Shown: piece after piece, positions 53,065-62,526 of the stretch | Numbering within the stretch: the stretch's first letter is position 1 | Layout of the letters: the number at the start of each line of letters is the position of its first letter | DNA from: Minisyncoccota bacterium | GTDB lineage: Bacteria > Patescibacteriota > Minisyncoccia > Phycocordibacterales > PALSA-1337 | NCBI GenBank assembly: GCA_041665325.1 | Contig: JBAYJB010000003.1 | Span: forward strand, 1,502 to 65,501 | Direction: 5' to 3' | Length of the DNA stretch: 64,000 bases | Notes under the pieces: generated by a model | Seen by the model: only the letters and a program-made list of their open reading frames with translations | The model's database searches: none | Told to the model about the DNA's origin: nothing | Translations under genes and position numbers: made by a program

Positions 53065-54902
53065 TCGACTTTCAACACGTTCTTTAGAACATCTTCGGGG
53101 ACCTCTTTTAGTGATTCTTTCAGCGACTGGGAGGTGGGCGCCGGTGATTTGATAGGTGGCTGGATAGGCGATGGGGCCGGTCTGGTCACAAGCTCGTCAG
53201 ACTTCTTGCCGAGTGCAGCGGCGAGAGCGCTCTTCAGCCCTTCGACATTCTTGGGGGTCTGCGCCTTGGGATCGACCTTGGCAACCGGCTTCGGAGCGAG
53301 GGTGGTCAAAGGAATCGGCTTCACCGGTTCCGGCTTTGCCTCGGGAACGAGTGGTTGGGGCGGCTTGGATTGGACCGGAGGAACACCCTTCGGGGCAACG
53401 ACCTGACCCAGGTTGGCAAATGGTTTGTGCGTCGGCTGTGGGACAGGCGGCTTCGGAGGAGCCTGCGTAGAGGGTTTGACGGCAGCCGCGTTCGTAGGCG
53501 AGAGCGGTGTCGCGCGAGGAGGAGCCGGAGGCGAAGAGCGAGCGGGAGCACTGCTCTCGCCGAGAGGACGCGGCGGCAGTGCAACCTTCGGCAACGGTAC
53601 CGATATGGGCTTCGGCGTCGGCTCGTGGAATTTGACGATCTCGGCCTCGACACCAGCGCGCGGCTTAGCGAACTGCTCGCGGGAAGCGGCCAGGATCTCC
53701 TGAACATATGATGCATCCGGGTGCGCAAATGGCGGCAATCCTCGGGCCGAGAAGGGCGGCGAGGTCAGGCCGTCGATCATGAGCTTGAGATACATCTGAT
53801 ACTGGCCGAGATTGACTAGATCCTCGACAGTGAACTGGGGCATGAATTCATTCTCAAGGAGCTCGGCATCATTGGCCCCGATCCGGAAGACGATCATGGT
53901 CCCCACGTTACCGAAGACGGCCGGACGTACAAATTCATCCATTTGCTCGACATATTGGTGAGCGATGGTCAGATTGAGCTTGTATTTACGGGCTTCGGAG
54001 AGGATGTCGGCGAACGAAGCGTTGGCGAAGTTCTGGAATTCGTCGACGAAGAGATAGAAGTTCGGCAGGACCTTCATGATCCGATCCGGGACATCGGCGC
54101 GCGACATGGCGGCCAGGTATATCTTGGTGACCAGAAGGCCGCCGAGGAGCTTCATATTCTCGTCGCCGATCTTGCCCTTGGACAAGTTGATGATGATGAT
54201 CTTGCGCTTGTCCATGGCCTCGCGGAAATCGAAGGACGAATGCGGCTGACCGATCATGTTCCGGATCAGCGGATTGGCGGTGAATTGGCCGACCTTGTTC
54301 TGGATGGCTGGCACAGCTTCAGCGGCCATACGCTCCGTGTAGCCGGCGAATTCCTTGACCCAAAAGGCCTTGACCGAGGGGTCTTGGACATGGGAGACAA
54401 TCTCCTTCCTATATTCCTTGTCGGAAAGCATCCTATTCACGCCCAAGAGAGTCGAGCCGGGCGCTTCGAGGAGAGCCAAGAGCGTGTTAGTCAGGATATA
54501 TTCCATGCGGGCTGACCAGGCATCTACCCAGATCTTCTTGAAGGTGCTCATGAGGCCGGAGACTACTAGATGCCTCTTCTCGGGAGTGACGCTCTCAAGC
54601 ACATTGAATGAGATCGGGTACTCGGTATCGAACGGCGCGATGTATATAACATCGCGGATGCGGTCTTTGGGTACGTATTCGAGGAGGAGGTCTACGGTCT
54701 TGCCGTGCGGATCGATGAAGCACATGCCTTCCCCGCCCTGGATATCTTGCACTGCCATAATCTCCAAGAGATTGGACTTGCCCATGCCGGTCTTACCGAT
54801 GACATAGACATGGCGCGTGCGGTCCTTGGCCTTGATGCCGAACTTGACCCGCTTGTTGCGGGCGTCAGTCTCGGCGAAGTATGTGATGCGATTGTCGTCC
54901 AT
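53061..54902 (-). CDS. TraD/VirD4-like type IV secretion coupling-protein-family ATPase with a ~180-aa Pro/Lys-rich disordered C-terminal tail.
   Basis: Walker A VIGKTGMGKS and Walker B LFVDEFQNF, with the overall TraG/TraD/VirD4 layout (…AHQYVEQMD…VFRIG). No N-terminal TM helix. Confidence 0.65.
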   Translation of the reverse strand: MDDNRITYFAETDARNKRVKFGIKAKDRTRHVYVIGKTGMGKSNLLEIMAVQDIQGGEGMCFIDPHGKTVDLLLEYVPKDRIRDVIYIAPFDTEYPISFNVLESVTPEKRHLVVSGLMSTFKKIWVDAWSARMEYILTNTLLALLEAPGSTLLGVNRMLSDKEYRKEIVSHVQDPSVKAFWVKEFAGYTERMAAEAVPAIQNKVGQFTANPLIRNMIGQPHSSFDFREAMDKRKIIIINLSKGKIGDENMKLLGGLLVTKIYLAAMSRADVPDRIMKVLPNFYLFVDEFQNFANASFADILSEARKYKLNLTIAHQYVEQMDEFVRPAVFGNVGTMIVFRIGANDAELLENEFMPQFTVEDLVNLGQYQMYLKLMIDGLTSPPFSARGLPPFAHPDASYVQEILAASREQFAKPRAGVEAEIVKFHEPTPKPISVPLPKVALPPRPLGESSAPARSSPPAPPRATPLSPTNAAAVKPSTQAPPKPPVPQPTHKPFANLGQVVAPKGVPPVQSKPPQPLVPEAKPEPVKPIPLTTLAPKPVAKVDPKAQTPKNVEGLKSALAAALGKKSDELVTRPAPSPIQPPIKSPAPTSQSLKESLKEVPEDVLKNVLKVE

Positions 54903-54935
54903 AGAAGATGCTATTTCAGGACAATTATATCATAG

Positions 54936-54974
54936 ATAAAAAGAGACCCACCTTGTCCTGTGACTTGGTGGGCC
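54936..54974 (-). terminator. Rho-independent terminator (minus strand) downstream of the hypothetical gene 55024..55443.
   Basis: Minus strand reads GGCCCACCaagtcacaggacaaGGTGGGTCtcTTTTTATCT. Confidence 0.55.
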
Positions 54975-55023
54975 TTGAGCGATATCCTCGATATCGCGTG
55001 TGTTGAGTGTTGCGGTGCCTGAG

Positions 55024-55443
55024 TCACCCACCGACGGCGTGCAGATAGTTGTGCCGGCGGATCGGGCTTGTCGTCACCGTGAGGATGGGGTGACAACTGC
55101 GCGGGATGGCAGGACCATCTGCCGGAGCTGAGGCCAAGGCGGCCTCGTATTCACCACGAGTTTGAAACCCCAGACTGGAGATCTCGTCCATGGTGAGCCA
55201 ACCTTCTCCCGGCGCCCTCTCGACGACGATAGTGGGTCTGCTCGGCGGCCTGTAGGGGGCCACCGTATTGGATTTGTTGCCCACAGCCACCTTTGGGATG
55301 ACAAACGGGACAACGGTCTTACTGACAACTGCTGCAGGTTGACCGCTAGGGGTAGCGGCCACCGAAACCTTGCTCCCCTTACGGGAGCGAGACTTTGATT
55401 TTTTCACGACTTTACTGATTTTGACCAACCTTGCATCTACCAT
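55024..55443 (-). CDS. Hypothetical basic protein. Possible HTH-like C-terminus.
   Basis: ORF with its own downstream terminator. Lys/Ser-rich N-terminus. C-terminal GWLTMDEISSLGFQTRGEYEAAL is weakly HTH-like. Confidence 0.4.
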   Translation of the reverse strand: MVDARLVKISKVVKKSKSRSRKGSKVSVAATPSGQPAAVVSKTVVPFVIPKVAVGNKSNTVAPYRPPSRPTIVVERAPGEGWLTMDEISSLGFQTRGEYEAALASAPADGPAIPRSCHPILTVTTSPIRRHNYLHAVGG

Positions 55444-55642
55444 ATGTCTGCCAGATTGCACTCCATGTGCAGAGCGACAGGAGTCCATCAGGGGAAACGG
55501 ACTTCGACCACACCGCTTTTGAGGCGTCCCGATAGATATCGGGAACAGACAAACGTAAACACAAGAGATTACCAATCCGGTTTCATATAGTAACGCTTTT
55601 TGGCCAAAAAGCAAGGGGCTGTGGATGGCGCCAGAAAGCCCC

Positions 55643-56845
55643 TTACGGCTCTATAACCGGCATCAAAGCCTCTTTGTTATAGACATTGGCTGCATTCCAG
55701 AGCATCCAGCTAGTCAGACCGGCATCATAGACTCCCTGATACTGCTTCTTAACCATCTCTGGCGTGTACACGGCTCCGAGGTCGAATGCTTGCAACCAGG
55801 GGCGGATCTTGTCCGGACTCGAAGAGGCGGCCACTGCTCGCTCTACCGCCCTGATCATAGTATTTTTGACCACTTCATATGGGTACTCGGCCGGGTTTGG
55901 ATAGCCATCGAAATTGCTTATAAAATGTGAAGGGTAGACCATCGGTGCTACATAATCGAAATACGGCAAGGAATTCTCCAGGATCTGGCCGATGCCCATG
56001 TCGTCGGTATTGACCGTGGTCTGGCCGAAGAGATCGGCCGACATGATGATACCCTCTGGCGCGAGCTCCGAGCGAAGATAGGAAAAGAAATCCGTCATGG
56101 CCATGGCCTTGGTCGTCGAAGCCGACAGGATGAAACGAGCATCGCTCATGTCCCCGTCGGATGGAAAGCGGATATAATCAAAATTGATCTCATCGAAGCC
56201 GATGGCGTATCCTTCCTTAGAGATATCCACGATGTAATCCCAATAGGCCGGGAAGTTAGGATCGATGTAAGCCAATCTATTCTTGTCTGTCCATGGCGTA
56301 TCAGGGTGAGAGATGCTCTGCACGGCGATCTCCGGATGGGCGGCCGCATACAGAGGGTCCTGGAAGACCGTGACGCGAGCGATGGCGTAGATATTGTCCT
56401 TGTGGAGACGCGCGATGAACTCGGGCAGGTCGGCTACGCGACAACCCTTGCCCGACGGGGCCGGTACCTTGCTCGCGGCATACGAGATCGTACCGGTATA
56501 GTCCTTGAGGTCGATCACCAGAGCATTGATCTCGGTGTCCTTCATGACTGACAAAACTCGCTCCCGGATGCTCGGGGTGCTGGCCACGCAGGAAGTCATG
56601 TATATGCCTTTGACCGCGGCAGGAGTTGCGATGTGAGTGACGACGGGCAACGGTTCTACCGCCTTGACTGATGTGGTCGCAAGGTCCGATAGCCCAGCCA
56701 AATCCCCATAGTCGATATGATCACTGGGCAATAGGCCTTCGGGCATGAATAAGAAAATCAAAGCGCCCAGCACGACGATGACGCAAGCGCCAAAGACGAT
56801 ACCGGTGGTTCGTGCCACACCGGCCTCATGACCGCGAATATTCAT
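55643..56845 (-). CDS. Putative glycoside hydrolase-like (TIM-barrel, DUF4015/GHL-type) protein with an N-terminal TM anchor.
   Basis: N-terminal TM IVFGACVIVVLGALIFLF. The motifs ...NALVIDLKDYTG..., FDEINFDYIRFPSDGD and MVYPSHF recall the putative glycosyl hydrolase-like family. Start placed at MNIRGH. Confidence 0.45.
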   Translation of the reverse strand: MNIRGHEAGVARTTGIVFGACVIVVLGALIFLFMPEGLLPSDHIDYGDLAGLSDLATTSVKAVEPLPVVTHIATPAAVKGIYMTSCVASTPSIRERVLSVMKDTEINALVIDLKDYTGTISYAASKVPAPSGKGCRVADLPEFIARLHKDNIYAIARVTVFQDPLYAAAHPEIAVQSISHPDTPWTDKNRLAYIDPNFPAYWDYIVDISKEGYAIGFDEINFDYIRFPSDGDMSDARFILSASTTKAMAMTDFFSYLRSELAPEGIIMSADLFGQTTVNTDDMGIGQILENSLPYFDYVAPMVYPSHFISNFDGYPNPAEYPYEVVKNTMIRAVERAVAASSSPDKIRPWLQAFDLGAVYTPEMVKKQYQGVYDAGLTSWMLWNAANVYNKEALMPVIEP

Positions 56846-57156
56846 GGGGTTGCCTGATCGGCTGGATTGGTAACTGCTGGTCCCGAAGAAGTGGAGGGTT
56901 GAGCTGATCCTGGAACGGAAACAGGCGGCACCGAAGGAACAGAGGTCTCTGGAGCTTGGGCAGGCCGGCGGCGCTCCATATATGAGATCGAACGGTCTTG
57001 CATCGCCTTTGCTTCCGGCCGGATCCTCGAAGCGACAAAGACGATGACCACCCCAGTGATCAAGGCTAGAACCTCTCTGACTCCGGGCGGGAAGCCGAGC
57101 TTGAATAAGATCATAACCCAAATACCGAGAAGCATGATGACCTGGCGTTTCGACAT
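56842..57156 (-). CDS. Small membrane protein with a Pro/Ser-rich tail.
   Basis: Two TM helices, then PAQAPETSVPSVPPVSVPGSAQP. 104 aa. ATGA overlap with the downstream gene. Confidence 0.45.
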   Translation of the reverse strand: MSKRQVIMLLGIWVMILFKLGFPPGVREVLALITGVVIVFVASRIRPEAKAMQDRSISYMERRRPAQAPETSVPSVPPVSVPGSAQPSTSSGPAVTNPADQATP

Positions 57157-57195
57157 GATGAGATTATTATAGCAACAAGCAGAGCATCGCGCACC

Positions 57196-57897
57196 CTAAC
57201 GATTGCTCACAATGACGACGAACTCGCCGCGCACCGTATCCGGATGGATTTCAAAATATCGAGCGGTCTCTGCAGCCGTGCCGCTCACCACTTGTTCAAA
57301 TATTTTAGTCAGCTCGCGACAGACCGTCACACGCTTGCCTGCGACGTCAAGATGCAGAGCAAGAGACTCCAGAGTCTTTTCGATACGATGAGGCGATTCG
57401 TAGAAGACCACAGTACGTTCCGCGACGGTGATCTCCTTGAATAGGGTCTCTCTTCCCTTCTTGTGCGGCAGGAAGCCCAGGAATACGAAGTCGGCACAGG
57501 GCACGCCGGCGATCGACAGAGCGGCGGTCAGAGCTGACGGGCCGGGCACAGACTCGATCTTCAACCGGCCATCAGCTAGTTCGACTGCCATGTCCTTACG
57601 GAGCCGCGAGACCAGCTCGGCCCCGGGGTCGGATATGCCGGGGGTGCCGGCGTCGGAGACCAAAGCGAGATTCTTGCCCTCGCCCAACAATCTGATGATC
57701 CCCTCTACTCGGGAGATCTTGCTATGCGCATGGTAGGACAGCGTCGGTGTCTTGATGCTGTGCCGGTCAAGCAACCGCTTGGTCATGCGGGTATCTTCGC
57801 AGAGGATCACATCTGCCGCCGCGAGGGTCTTGAGCGCCCGGAGGGTGATGTCCTCGAGATTGCCGATGGGGGTGCCGACGATGGATAAGGTAGACAT
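57196..57897 (-). CDS. rsmI: 16S rRNA (cytidine1402-2'-O)-methyltransferase.
   Basis: LSIVGTPIGNLEDITLRALKTL..ADVILCEDTR...ALVSDAGTPGISDPG is the tetrapyrrole-methylase-fold RsmI signature. Start placed at MSTLSIV. Confidence 0.85.
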   Translation of the reverse strand: MSTLSIVGTPIGNLEDITLRALKTLAAADVILCEDTRMTKRLLDRHSIKTPTLSYHAHSKISRVEGIIRLLGEGKNLALVSDAGTPGISDPGAELVSRLRKDMAVELADGRLKIESVPGPSALTAALSIAGVPCADFVFLGFLPHKKGRETLFKEITVAERTVVFYESPHRIEKTLESLALHLDVAGKRVTVCRELTKIFEQVVSGTAAETARYFEIHPDTVRGEFVVIVSNR

Positions 57898-58020
57898 GTG
57901 TTGTTCCAGTATAGTCGTGCCCGCAGGCGAGAACAAGTCCTCCGCGAGGAGGAAGCGAAGCTGAGGATCGAGTGGAGGACTGTTGTCGCCGAGAGGGCGC
58001 GTGTATGATAGTGTAAACGC

Positions 58021-59259
58021 ATGACTACCCGGGAAACCGTCATCTATGTGACCAGGGAGATCGAGAGGGCCCTCGGTATGGCCCCGAATGAGCATTATCT
58101 CATCGTCACCAACCGCACCGCTTATGGCGTGAAGGTGCGCGATCAATACCCCGACTTCGTGACCCTCATAGCAGATCAGGCCGGCGAGCTCCTCGGGACC
58201 GGTGACCTGCTGAAGCATGAACAGACCGAGGAACTCGTAGCCAAGGTCGCCAAAGCCTCCGGAGCAAAACCTTATATCCTGGTCTTCAAGAATACCGCCC
58301 GGATCGAACCCTTGGTCCGCGACCACGGCTGGATGCTCCTCAATCCGAGCGCGGCTTCATCCGAGAAGATCGAGAGCAAACTCTCGCAGATCGGGTGGCT
58401 CGCCGAGCTCGGCAGATACCTGCCGGCACACCGCATGGCCTCGATGCGCCATGTCCCATTCGAGGGCAAACCCTTCGTCATCCAGTGGGCGCACGGCCAT
58501 ACCGGCACAGGCACGATCCTGATCGAATCGGAAGAGGCCCTCAAGGCCGTCCAAGCCAAATTCCCCGAACGCTGGACGCGCGTCACCGAGTATATTCGAG
58601 GGCCGTCATTCACGGTCAATGTGATCATCACCCCGGATCGCGTGGCGGTCGGGAATGTCAGCTACCAGATCACCGGGCTTCCCCCCTTCACGGACAACCG
58701 CTTCACCACGATCGGCAACGACTGGGGAGTGGCGCGCACTCTGCTCACAGCCGACGATAAGAGCCGGCTGGACGAGATGGTCCGCGAGATCGGGGCCAAG
58801 ATGCAAAAAGATTATTGGCGCGGCCTCTTCGGTATAGATGTCATCAAGGATATCGACAGGAACAAGCTCTACCTCATCGAGATCAACGCCCGACAAGCGG
58901 CTTCATCGCCTTTTGAGTCATCCTTGCAGGAAGAACAGCGCTCCAAGGGAGCTCAAGGTCTGACCGTCTTCGAAGCCCATATCGCCGCCCTCCTCGGACA
59001 GCCGGTGGTCAAGCCGATCATCGAGATCAAGGAGGGCGCCCAGATCGTCCAGCGTGTCACCAAAGATGTCCGTTCCGTACCGGCAGAAGCCGCAGGCGGG
59101 CTAGAGCTGGCCGGGTACAATGTCGTGGCTTATGAGAATACCAAGGAAGGATCCGACCTCCTCCGCGTCCAGAGCGCAAAAGACATCATGGCCGCCGACG
59201 GCGCCTTCAACGACAAGGGCAAGGAGATATCTGGCATCGTCAGCGGCAGGGGCTTGTAG
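58021..59259 (+). CDS. ATP-grasp-fold enzyme (carboxylate-amine ligase-like), function unknown.
   Basis: 412 aa. ...FVIQWAHGHTGTGTILIESEE... and ...LYLIEINARQAASSP fit the ATP-grasp B/C-domain pattern. A TATGAT box sits 11 nt upstream of the ATG. Confidence 0.5.
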   Translation: MTTRETVIYVTREIERALGMAPNEHYLIVTNRTAYGVKVRDQYPDFVTLIADQAGELLGTGDLLKHEQTEELVAKVAKASGAKPYILVFKNTARIEPLVRDHGWMLLNPSAASSEKIESKLSQIGWLAELGRYLPAHRMASMRHVPFEGKPFVIQWAHGHTGTGTILIESEEALKAVQAKFPERWTRVTEYIRGPSFTVNVIITPDRVAVGNVSYQITGLPPFTDNRFTTIGNDWGVARTLLTADDKSRLDEMVREIGAKMQKDYWRGLFGIDVIKDIDRNKLYLIEINARQAASSPFESSLQEEQRSKGAQGLTVFEAHIAALLGQPVVKPIIEIKEGAQIVQRVTKDVRSVPAEAAGGLELAGYNVVAYENTKEGSDLLRVQSAKDIMAADGAFNDKGKEISGIVSGRGL

Positions 59260-59272
59260 TAGACTTAAGGGG

Positions 59273-60055
59273 ATGGACACCCAAACCCTCTCACCCGACG
59301 CCCTCTCGGTCATCGACCATTACCTACATTTCCATGTCGGCCCGGCCGTCTGCTCTATCCCCTATTTCAACAACAAGACCGTGCGTGCCCGCGGGGCGTT
59401 GGGCATTTCCGTGGGCAAAGGCAGCCCCAAGGAGATCACCGACGAGGTCAATATGCTGATCTTCAAACACCACATCGACAGCAACGCCCTGACGAACGAT
59501 TCCTTGAAGAAATTCCTGGTTGACCGGAACATTGGTATCGATTGTTCCGGCTTCGCGTACCACATCCTGAACTCCGAGAGCCGGGCGCGCAACAAGGACG
59601 GGCTCAAGAAGCGCATCGCATTCACCCGGGCGCGCGGTCTAGTCGGCCGGATCATGGCCAAGATGAGTCCCGTCAAGAATACCGATGTCGCCACGCTCGC
59701 TGACAACGAGAACAGCCGCATCATCGCGATCGGCGAGGTCATGCCCGGCGATATGATCATCATGATCCAAGAGACCACCGATGACGAGCGCAACCATATC
59801 CTCGTCGTGCACGAAGTAGAACGGGTGGACTCCAAACCGACCGTCATCCATTACTCTCACGCCATCGCTTATCCCGAAGACGGCCTCTATGGCAGCGGCA
59901 TGAAGCAGGGCACGATCGAGATCGCCGATCCGACCGGCTCGCTCTTCCAGCAACTATGGAAAGAAGGTGGAATGATCGAAGGCGCTTCGAATATCTTCAC
60001 CCGAGCACGAGGTTCTCGCACCGAGCTGCGCCGATTGAAGTGGCTCTATTCCTGA
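59273..60055 (+). CDS. NlpC/P60-family (papain-like Cys/His) hydrolase domain protein, apparently cytoplasmic.
   Basis: Catalytic Cys motif IGIDCSGFAYHIL, then PGDMIIMIQETTDDERNHILVVHEV (the PGD..I...H pattern of NlpC/P60). No signal peptide. Confidence 0.55.
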   Translation: MDTQTLSPDALSVIDHYLHFHVGPAVCSIPYFNNKTVRARGALGISVGKGSPKEITDEVNMLIFKHHIDSNALTNDSLKKFLVDRNIGIDCSGFAYHILNSESRARNKDGLKKRIAFTRARGLVGRIMAKMSPVKNTDVATLADNENSRIIAIGEVMPGDMIIMIQETTDDERNHILVVHEVERVDSKPTVIHYSHAIAYPEDGLYGSGMKQGTIEIADPTGSLFQQLWKEGGMIEGASNIFTRARGSRTELRRLKWLYS

Positions 60056-60091
60056 TTGAAACGGCGCTCCAGCCGTGATATTCTGGAACGG

Positions 60092-61219
60092 ATGATAACC
60101 ATCCTCCAGGGCACGGCTGATCTGGCGTACATCTTGGGCTTCACGCTCGTCGGGGCTTTCGCGGCATTCCTCCTAGCGCCGCCTGTCATCCGTTTCCTCA
60201 AACATTTCAATGTCGTCAAAGGAGCCAAGGTAGAGCTGACCGCTCTCGGCTCTCACGCCTACAAAGCCACCACCCCGGTCATGGGAGGCTTGTTGGTCAT
60301 CATCACCATCGCTCTGATCACTTACCTCTTCAACTGGTCTCGAAGCTTCACTTGGGTGCCGATCGGCGTGATGCTCATCGCCGCCATCTTGGGAGCCGTC
60401 GACGATATCATGAATGTCTACGGTGCCGAACGCCGCTCTAGGAAACTCGACCACGTCCTCACCCTGATCCGCGTCCACCATGACTGGCGAGTCCGCGTCT
60501 GGTACGCTGTGACTCTGCCTTGGACCCTGTTCAAACGCATGTCCGTCTGGTTCGGTTCGCGCCCCGGCAAAGGCGTCTTCGTCCACGAGAAGCTCATCCT
60601 GCAATTCATCGCCGGATCGGTCACGGCCTGGTGGATATATGACAAGCTGGGACCGGCCTGGCACTTCGTCTATTTCCCCTTCGGGCTCTACTGGGACGCC
60701 GGCTGGCTGATCGTGCCGATCGTCATCCTGACCGTCATGTTCACCGCAAACGCCGTCAATATCGCCGACGGCATGGACGGCCTCTCCGGCGGCATGCTGG
60801 TCATCACCTTTAGTGCCTTGACGTTCCTGTCCTGGATCAACGGCTTCGGCGAGATCGCCATCCTGAACGCTACCGCCGTCGGAGCCCTGGCGGCCTACAC
60901 TTATTTCAATATCAAGCCGGCGCGCTTCATGATGGGCGATGTAGGATCATTGGGCCTCGGCGCACTCCTGGCTGTGAGCGCCATGGCTATCGGTGAGATC
61001 GGCTCCCTCTTCTTTCTGGGCTTCATGTTCTACATCGAAGCCCTCTCAGTCATCATCCAGGTCGGCTCACGTTATTTCTTCGGGCGCAAGGTGTTCAAGA
61101 TGGCACCCTTGCACCACCATTTCGAACTGCTCGGCTGGAGCGAGGAACGGACGGTCATGCGCTTCTGGATCATCCATTTCGTGTTCGTGGTATTCGGGTT
61201 CTGGCTGGCACTACACTAA
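60092..61219 (+). CDS. mraY: Phospho-N-acetylmuramoyl-pentapeptide transferase.
   Basis: NAVNIADGMDGLSGG, ...MGDVGSLGLGALLA..., ...APLHHHFEL. The listed ORF begins at TTG 60056; the first ATG is at 60092. Confidence 0.88.
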   Translation: MITILQGTADLAYILGFTLVGAFAAFLLAPPVIRFLKHFNVVKGAKVELTALGSHAYKATTPVMGGLLVIITIALITYLFNWSRSFTWVPIGVMLIAAILGAVDDIMNVYGAERRSRKLDHVLTLIRVHHDWRVRVWYAVTLPWTLFKRMSVWFGSRPGKGVFVHEKLILQFIAGSVTAWWIYDKLGPAWHFVYFPFGLYWDAGWLIVPIVILTVMFTANAVNIADGMDGLSGGMLVITFSALTFLSWINGFGEIAILNATAVGALAAYTYFNIKPARFMMGDVGSLGLGALLAVSAMAIGEIGSLFFLGFMFYIEALSVIIQVGSRYFFGRKVFKMAPLHHHFELLGWSEERTVMRFWIIHFVFVVFGFWLALH

Positions 61220-61223
61220 GCCC

Positions 61224-61892
61224 ATGAATAAAAAGCCCGCCCGAGAATATCTGTGCTGGAAGGAAGAGATCATTACCGATTTCTCCGAGGCAAATGTGGC
61301 CAAAAAATACAATGAGGGCTTTGTATTTACACGTATAGGAAAAGGCGTGATGCAGCAGACGCGCTCCGTTCGCATTGATATGTCTAGATTTGAACTAACT
61401 AGCGAGAACCGCCGCATCCTCAAAAAAACAGAGGGGGTTGAATTGAAGGGTTTTGAATTGCCCTTGAAAGATTATGATTTCAAAGTCGGCAAACTCGCCA
61501 AAGATTTCTACGACGAAAAATTCGGGCCAGGCATCATGAGCGCCAACAAGGTCAAGGAGCTAGTGGCGGATCTTACGAAAAGTTCGTTCAATTCTCTCCT
61601 CACGTATTCGAATGGTGACTCCCCCCTCGGTTACACCATCTGCTACCAAAACAAAGACCTCCTCCACTACTCTTATCCGTTCTATGATCTGGATGAATCT
61701 CCAAAGGACATGGGCCTCGGCATGATGATCCGCGCTGTGCAGTATGCAAAAGAGGCAGGTCTGAAATATATCTATCTCGGCTCCTTGCAAAGGCCGGGTG
61801 ACATTTACAAATTGCAGTTCGAGGGATTGGAGTGGTTCGATAGGAATGGGTGGCAGACGGGTACAGCAGAACTTAAAGAGATTTTGAAGTAA
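61224..61892 (+). CDS. ATE_C/Bpt-like (arginyl- or leucyl-tRNA-protein-transferase-like, GNAT-fold) protein.
   Basis: LHYSYPFYDLDESPKDMGLGMMIRAVQYAKEAGLKYIYLGSLQRPGDIYKLQFEGLEWFDRNGW matches the ATE C-terminal consensus (S.Y.FYDPD...LG...YYYLGY....KM.YK..F.P.E..W). 222 aa. Confidence 0.45.
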   Translation: MNKKPAREYLCWKEEIITDFSEANVAKKYNEGFVFTRIGKGVMQQTRSVRIDMSRFELTSENRRILKKTEGVELKGFELPLKDYDFKVGKLAKDFYDEKFGPGIMSANKVKELVADLTKSSFNSLLTYSNGDSPLGYTICYQNKDLLHYSYPFYDLDESPKDMGLGMMIRAVQYAKEAGLKYIYLGSLQRPGDIYKLQFEGLEWFDRNGWQTGTAELKEILK

Positions 61893-61897
61893 AAGAT

Positions 61898-61925
61898 AAA
61901 CCCCCAAGCCGGATTGCTTGGGGGT
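61898..61925 (+). terminator. Perfect 9-bp stem hairpin (CCCCCAAGC-cggatt-GCTTGGGGG) immediately after the 61892 stop.
   Basis: Seen in sequence. The downstream stretch is not U-rich on the plus strand, so strength and direction are uncertain. Confidence 0.4.
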
Positions 61926-62380
61926 GGAGTTTGATACGCGTATCTCCTTAGCGTACTTCGGGATTATCGCAATAATACCTGAAGTGACCGACCTGACCGC
62001 CGAGCCCGTCGAACTTGGTAAGTGGCTTATCGCCCATCATGAGGGTAATCGGGTCCGCTCTGCCTTGCTCCAGAACCTTCTCTTGAAGGCCTGTGACCTC
62101 AACCAGAACGAAGCGATAAGCGCCGAAACCTTTGATACCAAATTCCCAGTCTTGTCCGTGATACACAAAGTATCGGGGGTCAGACGGAGGTTGGCTGGCG
62201 GCTCGGCCATTTTCGATGTTCGGGACATGACTCTGCAACTTGCGATGCAGTTCGGCAATCGGTAGACGAGTGGTCTCGCGACTGCACATAGCTCTGTAGG
62301 GTAGTCTATACATACTTTACTCACTTTCTTTTGTATGTACCTCCACGGAATGTGAAGGCAACTGTCGCCGGTTTTGAAGC

Positions 62381-62426
62381 GGGTACAGTACGCAGAGAAG
62401 AATAACTCTTCGCTATGTACTGTACC
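62381..62426. promoter_or_regulatory. 20-bp imperfect inverted repeat (GGGTACAGTACGCAGAGAAG-aataact-CTTCGCTATGTACTGTACCC) ~100 bp upstream of the murC-like start.
   Basis: Seen in sequence. It shares the ACAGTAC/GTACTGT core with the two intragenic palindromic elements. Confidence 0.4.
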
Positions 62427-62526
62427 CAACCCTTTCAATGTTCCAATACCCTGCTATTATACACCACAATATCCCCCTTTGTCAAGTATCCCAATCCCTC
62501 AAAATGGCCTAGAATTAGGGCCATAT

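Noticed and set aside
53134-53711. Several plus-strand and minus-strand overlapping ORFs rich in Arg, Gly and Ser inside the 3' part of the TraD-like gene.
   Set aside because: They are frame-shadow products of the Pro/Lys-rich tail coding region.
61948-62313. Minus-strand 121-aa ORF in the mraY-murC intergenic region.
   Set aside because: It has no recognisable motif, start context or terminator, and it lies where a 5' regulatory region is expected. It may be a gene remnant. I kept it as unannotated and did not call it as a CDS.
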